Positions 60,357 through 64,000 of a stretch of 64,000 bases of DNA are shown piece after piece. Source of the stretch: a plasmid. Below the pieces are notes generated by a model that saw only the letters and a program-made list of their open reading frames with translations, was not told the origin of the DNA and searched no databases. Position 1 is the stretch's first letter, and each line of letters opens with the position of its first letter. The DNA lies in the sequence record NZ_CP071296.1; one strand, 5' to 3'. The position numbers and the translations under genes are program-made.

Positions 60357-60653
60357 ATGAAAACGAAAGGACATCCTATGTCAAAATCTAAACGCTACGA
60401 TGAAGAATTCAAACAATCCCTTGTCAATCTTTATCAAACTGGAAAAACTCAGTCTGAACTCTGTAAAGACTATGGTGTATCTCAAACAGCACTTTCTAAA
60501 TGGATCAAACAGTATTCTCAAGTTAAACTCGAAGATAATTCTGTACTTACTGCCAAACAAATACAAGACCTACAAAAACGTAATGCACAGCTTGAAGAGG
60601 AGAACCTCATCTTAAAAAAAGCAAGTGCCATATTCATGCAAAACTTAAAGTAA
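60357..60653 (+). CDS. IS3-family transposase OrfA
   Basis: MSKSKRYDEEFKQSLVNLYQTGKTQSELCKDYGVS; leucine zipper; slippery TTAAAAAAAGC near the 3' end. Confidence 0.8.
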   Translation: MKTKGHPMSKSKRYDEEFKQSLVNLYQTGKTQSELCKDYGVSQTALSKWIKQYSQVKLEDNSVLTAKQIQDLQKRNAQLEEENLILKKASAIFMQNLK

Positions 60654-60700
60654 GACTCCTCGCTGTCTATCGGTTACGCTTTGAACACGCCACAACAACC

Positions 60701-61522
60701 TTGTGTCGTGTTTTACATGTCAATCGTTCTACTTACTATAAATTTTTAAAACATAAGCCCTCAAAAAGAGAACTGGATAATCAAATTTATAGAAAACAAA
60801 TACTTCAAATTTATACCAAAGCAAACAAAAGACTTGGTGTGAAGTCTATCAAGGTCATTCTTCAAAGAGACTATGATACAAAAATCTCTGAAGGAAGAAT
60901 TTACCGTCTCATGAAGAATATGGCGCTCCCTAAAATGGCAACCGTTAAGCCAAAACGCTCACTTAAAGAAGTTCAAAAAACGTACCCTCAGAACTTACTC
61001 AAGCAAGAATTTAATCCTGACCAACCAAATCAAGTATGGACAACAGACTTCACCTATATTTCTATCGGATATAAGAAACATGTCTATCTCTGCGCTATAC
61101 TTGATCTCTACTCTAGAAAATGTATTGCTTGGAAACTCAGTCATCGTATCGATGCAAAGTTAGCATGTGACACTCTAGAATTAGCACTTAATAAAAGAAA
61201 GATTGAAGGAACACTTCTCTTCCATTCTGACCAAGGTTCACAATTTAAGGCCATTGAATTTAGAAAAATAATTGATGACAATAATATCATGCATTCTTTT
61301 TCTAAGCCTGGATATCCTTATGATAATGCCGTTACTGAAGCATTTTTCAAGTATTTGAAGCATAGACAAATCAACCGAAAAAATTATCAAAATATGAAAC
61401 AGGTTCAATTAGATTGCTTTGAATATATTGAGAATTTTTATAACAATTACAACCCACATTCGGCTAATCTTGGACTCACTCCTAATCAGAAAGAAGAAAA
61501 TTACTTTAATTCAATCAATTAA
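60701..61522 (+). CDS. IS3-family transposase OrfB (DDE integrase core)
   Basis: ..VWTTDFTYI..HSDQGSQF..YDNAVTEAFF; -1 frame relative to orfA. Confidence 0.8.
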   Translation: MCRVLHVNRSTYYKFLKHKPSKRELDNQIYRKQILQIYTKANKRLGVKSIKVILQRDYDTKISEGRIYRLMKNMALPKMATVKPKRSLKEVQKTYPQNLLKQEFNPDQPNQVWTTDFTYISIGYKKHVYLCAILDLYSRKCIAWKLSHRIDAKLACDTLELALNKRKIEGTLLFHSDQGSQFKAIEFRKIIDDNNIMHSFSKPGYPYDNAVTEAFFKYLKHRQINRKNYQNMKQVQLDCFEYIENFYNNYNPHSANLGLTPNQKEENYFNSIN

Positions 61523-61557
61523 CACTTTTTTCTGTCTACAAATTTGACATTAGTCCA

Positions 61558-62560
61558 GTTTGTTTCTGACATTTCCTGATAAATACTCATCTGCTGTTTC
61601 CCAACCTGCATTAGGATTGTTCTCATTATAACTTTCCGGATTCAGATAAATCAGTCCTTCCAACTCTTCCACCAGCAGGGCACGCTTTAAATCTACTTCT
61701 AAATCTTGAGAGAAACGAACCTCTTCTGGTCGTTCTCCGTTTTCTTTTGCCACCTGTTCTCTCACTGTGCTAATATCTGGTTCATAAATGCTCAGCATAT
61801 TGGGAATATTCACAGCACCATACTCATTGACTGAAACATTTAATGCCTCTACTGCTGTTTCTACCCTTTCATTCATTATCTTTGCCTTAATTGTCTGCTT
61901 ATAGAACATATCTGCTTTTTTCACTTCTCCATCCTCATTCACCTCCTCAAGACTACAAAGTAACGGATAATCGCTGTCATCCCGAAATGCTGTCTTATTT
62001 GCTTTTGAAGTAATATGTCCATACTGTTCTATAAATGCATCGTACTTCGAATTCAATTCCTTCTGTTTTGCCGCCAGTTCTTCCTCACTACATCCTTCCA
62101 TCTGAATGTCAATCAACTCTCTTGTTATCTGTCTGATCTCATGCAGAAATCGAATTCGCTCTTTCAAACTTTGTGTTACTTCCTGCCTTATCATCTCTGA
62201 ATTTTCTCTGAAATACAGCTTTCCGTCAAAGATTGTATAGGTAAAGTTTCTCACATCCGGATCAGCTGGTATGACTTCTGCTGACCTTTCCTCATCCTCT
62301 GAAATTCGTTCAAAGTCTCTCATTTCTGCCTTAATATTATGAATCGCACGATTCAAAGCTTCATACAAATTCAGATGCTCATCATCATTGACACAGACCG
62401 TATATCTGCTGTCTTGTCCAATGGTATAATCATGACCTTCCAAATAACCAAGAAGAATCTCTGCATCTTCAACCGAAAAATCAAAAGACAAACCACTTTT
62501 CTGTATCCACTGAATCACTTCTTCTGGTTTTGTAAATAATTCAATTTCCTGTTCCATCAC
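61558..62560 (-). pseudogene. N-terminal ~335 aa of the same large helicase protein (upstream of the IS3 insertion)
   Basis: AAGGAGG RBS then MMEQEIELFT at 62560. Frame continues into the IS3 end; continuity with 58175..60298 can be reconstructed. Confidence 0.6.
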
Positions 62561-62716
62561 TCCCTTGCACCTCCTTATCTGTCTTTGTGAATTCTATCCT
62601 TGCTCTAATGTCCCCCGTAAAGTTCCCGGTGTCCACTGCTAGATACGCTTCTAAGCCATCTCTGGCTTTCGAAGCATCTAGTTAGGGGAAAATCCCCTAA
62701 ACCCCCTTCTATATAC

Positions 62717-62935
62717 GAGTGATAGCACTTTTTGCTATCACTTTTGCCTTGTGAATGCACTTTCTGCTATCACATGGCAATTATGAGTGCACTTTCTGCT
62801 ATCACTTTTTATATAGACTTTTCCTAACTTTGATTACCTTATAATTGTGATAGCACTTTTTACTATCACTTTTGCTTTGTGAGTGCACTTTCTGCTATCA
62901 CTGCCTCGTTTTGATGGCACTTTCTGCTATCACTT
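62717..62935. repeat. Array of six copies of a 17-bp motif GCACTTT(C/T)TGCTATCAC in two triplets, each beginning with a palindromic version GTGATAGCACTTTTTRCTATCAC
   Basis: Copies at 62717, 62751, 62785, 62846, 62879 and 62913, at ~34-bp spacing. They sit in the intergenic region upstream of the helicase gene. Confidence 0.8.
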
Positions 62936-63048
62936 AAATCCCAAACACTGGACATAAATTTTGAATACAAATCAAAACAATAGACATTGGTTTTTAGGAG
63001 AATTCCTGTAGACAAATGTTTTGCATACAAATCCAAACCGTAATCTGC

Positions 63049-64000
63049 TTATTTTGCATGCATCCCTTTTTCTGAACAGTTCTTTGGAAATTCCAAATCT
63101 CGTTTCTTTGCCACTAGCCATTCGTTATAATCTTTAAAACCAATTGGTGGTGGACTATCCTCCACTTCATAACCAAGTCCATAGTATTTCTCACATAATT
63201 CCAATGAAGCCTTTCTCCCTGGCTCATCATTATCAAGGCAAAACCGTATGAATGAGATCTGTGGATTCTCTGTTAGAAACATAATCAGTGGAGCATCTGC
63301 AAGCATTCCAAGAGCAAGCTTATTTGTTTCAAAATCAGAAAAAATATCCGTATAACTCATAAGATCGATAGCTGCTTCAAATACAATCAGTTCAGAACTT
63401 TCTGCATTCGTTACATTAAATCCATAGTTCTTATCATTTCCAGCAACATCGCATTTAAATGAAGAACCTTCCCTATCAAAAACCCCTCTCATACTTGCAA
63501 ATCTAGTCATTCCGTCTTTGTCATTTCCCTTAAAGACCACATTATGATAATGTCTGCTCTCATAAATCAAATCCTTATCAATAAAATAGTCAATGACCTG
63601 ATCGCTTAATCCGCGTTCTTCCCTTAGATACGAGTACAAATAAGAATTATCCCTAGCTGGTAATGGTAGTACAAACTCTTTTACCTTTGGTGATTCTGGT
63701 TCTACCCGATACATTAATTCTGACATTCTGTTATCTTCCTGCATTCTTTGATAACCCACAAAGTCCAAAAGCCAAAACACTGCTTCTTTCACTTCCATTC
63801 CAGCAAAAACTCGAAGGAAATCAATCTGTGAACCACCGTTGCTTCCCTTTTCATACTGCCTTGACCAGCGAAACCAATGACTTTTATCATAAATTCTTAC
63901 AGAGTCCATTTCCTTCAGCGTGTGATATCTACCCACACGTTTTACTGTATATCCAAGGTTAGTAGCTACTGCTGTTAAATCAACACTCTTTGCAATAGCC
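63049..64000 (-). CDS. Toprim-domain protein of ICE/conjugative-plasmid type (DUF3991-like); N-terminus possibly outside the window
   Basis: Toprim-like acidic motifs LIVFEAAIDLMSY and IRFCLDNDEPGRK. The reading frame is open to the window end. Confidence 0.4.
   Translation of the reverse strand, partial: AIAKSVDLTAVATNLGYTVKRVGRYHTLKEMDSVRIYDKSHWFRWSRQYEKGSNGGSQIDFLRVFAGMEVKEAVFWLLDFVGYQRMQEDNRMSELMYRVEPESPKVKEFVLPLPARDNSYLYSYLREERGLSDQVIDYFIDKDLIYESRHYHNVVFKGNDKDGMTRFASMRGVFDREGSSFKCDVAGNDKNYGFNVTNAESSELIVFEAAIDLMSYTDIFSDFETNKLALGMLADAPLIMFLTENPQISFIRFCLDNDEPGRKASLELCEKYYGLGYEVEDSPPPIGFKDYNEWLVAKKRDLEFPKNCSEKGMHAK

Larger units (their letters stand above)
60299..61557 (+). mobile_element. 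IS3-family insertion sequence (1259 bp) with orfA, orfB and an A6G frameshift site; inserted into the helicase gene with a 3-bp TSD GTT
   Basis: Ends TGGATGTATACTATAAAAGTAGACAGAA and TTCTGTCTACAAATTTGACATTAGTCCA. GTT at 60296-60298 and 61558-61560. Removing the IS and one GTT restores ..[20 protein letters not shown].. in frame. Confidence 0.8.

Noticed and set aside
62700-62940. Possible CRISPR array
   Set aside because: The repeats are only 17 bp, partly palindromic and of mixed orientation. The spacers are short (~17 bp) and partly repeated, and there is no cas gene or leader.

Overview
Low-GC Firmicutes (Enterococcus/Lactococcus/Streptococcus-type) mosaic plasmid-like accessory region built from modules separated by eight IS6-family copies (IS1216-like and ISS1-like), none of which has an 8-bp target-site duplication. 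Modules from start to end: (1) a partial OYE-type flavin oxidoreductase and an IS-truncated tandem SpoVG-domain gene; (2) a MerR-type-promoter-controlled SPC-motif P1B-4 ATPase, translationally coupled to a highly repetitive 9x15-aa protein and flanked by two MerR regulators; (3) an IS-truncated CHAP fragment; (4) two mobilisation modules (mobC-mobA-mobB-fic and mobC-relaxase) with candidate oriT palindromes; (5) a theta replicon (3.5 x 22-bp iterons plus Rep_3 initiator) with a parA/small-parB partition cassette and centromere-like repeats; (6) a Y-family polymerase with yolD, and an AraC/GyrI-like regulator; (7) small paralogous membrane proteins, an acyl-CoA thioesterase and a degenerate IS981-like IS3 element; (8) a GC-richer block with a FetAB-like ABC exporter and a cupin; (9) a Hol-Tox-like 34-aa peptide with a coupled 11-aa upstream ORF; (10) an Enterococcus-type maltose cluster (maltose phosphorylase, beta-PGM, PTS malT, mapP, epimerase) with a solo IS6 inverted repeat inside it; (11) tet(S) with a Tn916-like leader/attenuator and a Cys-rich KTR gene; (12) tet(L) whose leader is replaced by IS1216, with an ssoU-like downstream remnant; (13) a resolvase and an AbiEii-like nucleotidyltransferase with a divergent partner separated by two 40-bp palindrome-containing direct repeats; (14) a Lactococcus-type orfX(HMA)-orfY(Dps)-flp operon with a perfect Flp/FNR box, next to a CPG-motif P-type ATPase; (15) cadC-cadA; (16) an ICE-derived fragment consisting of a large SNF2-helicase gene split by an IS3 element (restorable 3-bp TSD) and cut off by IS1216, an array of six 17-bp repeats, and a Toprim-like gene. 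The most novel candidates are the repeat-protein/ATPase operon, the divergent AbiE-like pair with its double palindromic operator, the Hol-Tox coupled pair and the IS-adjacent small membrane paralogs.
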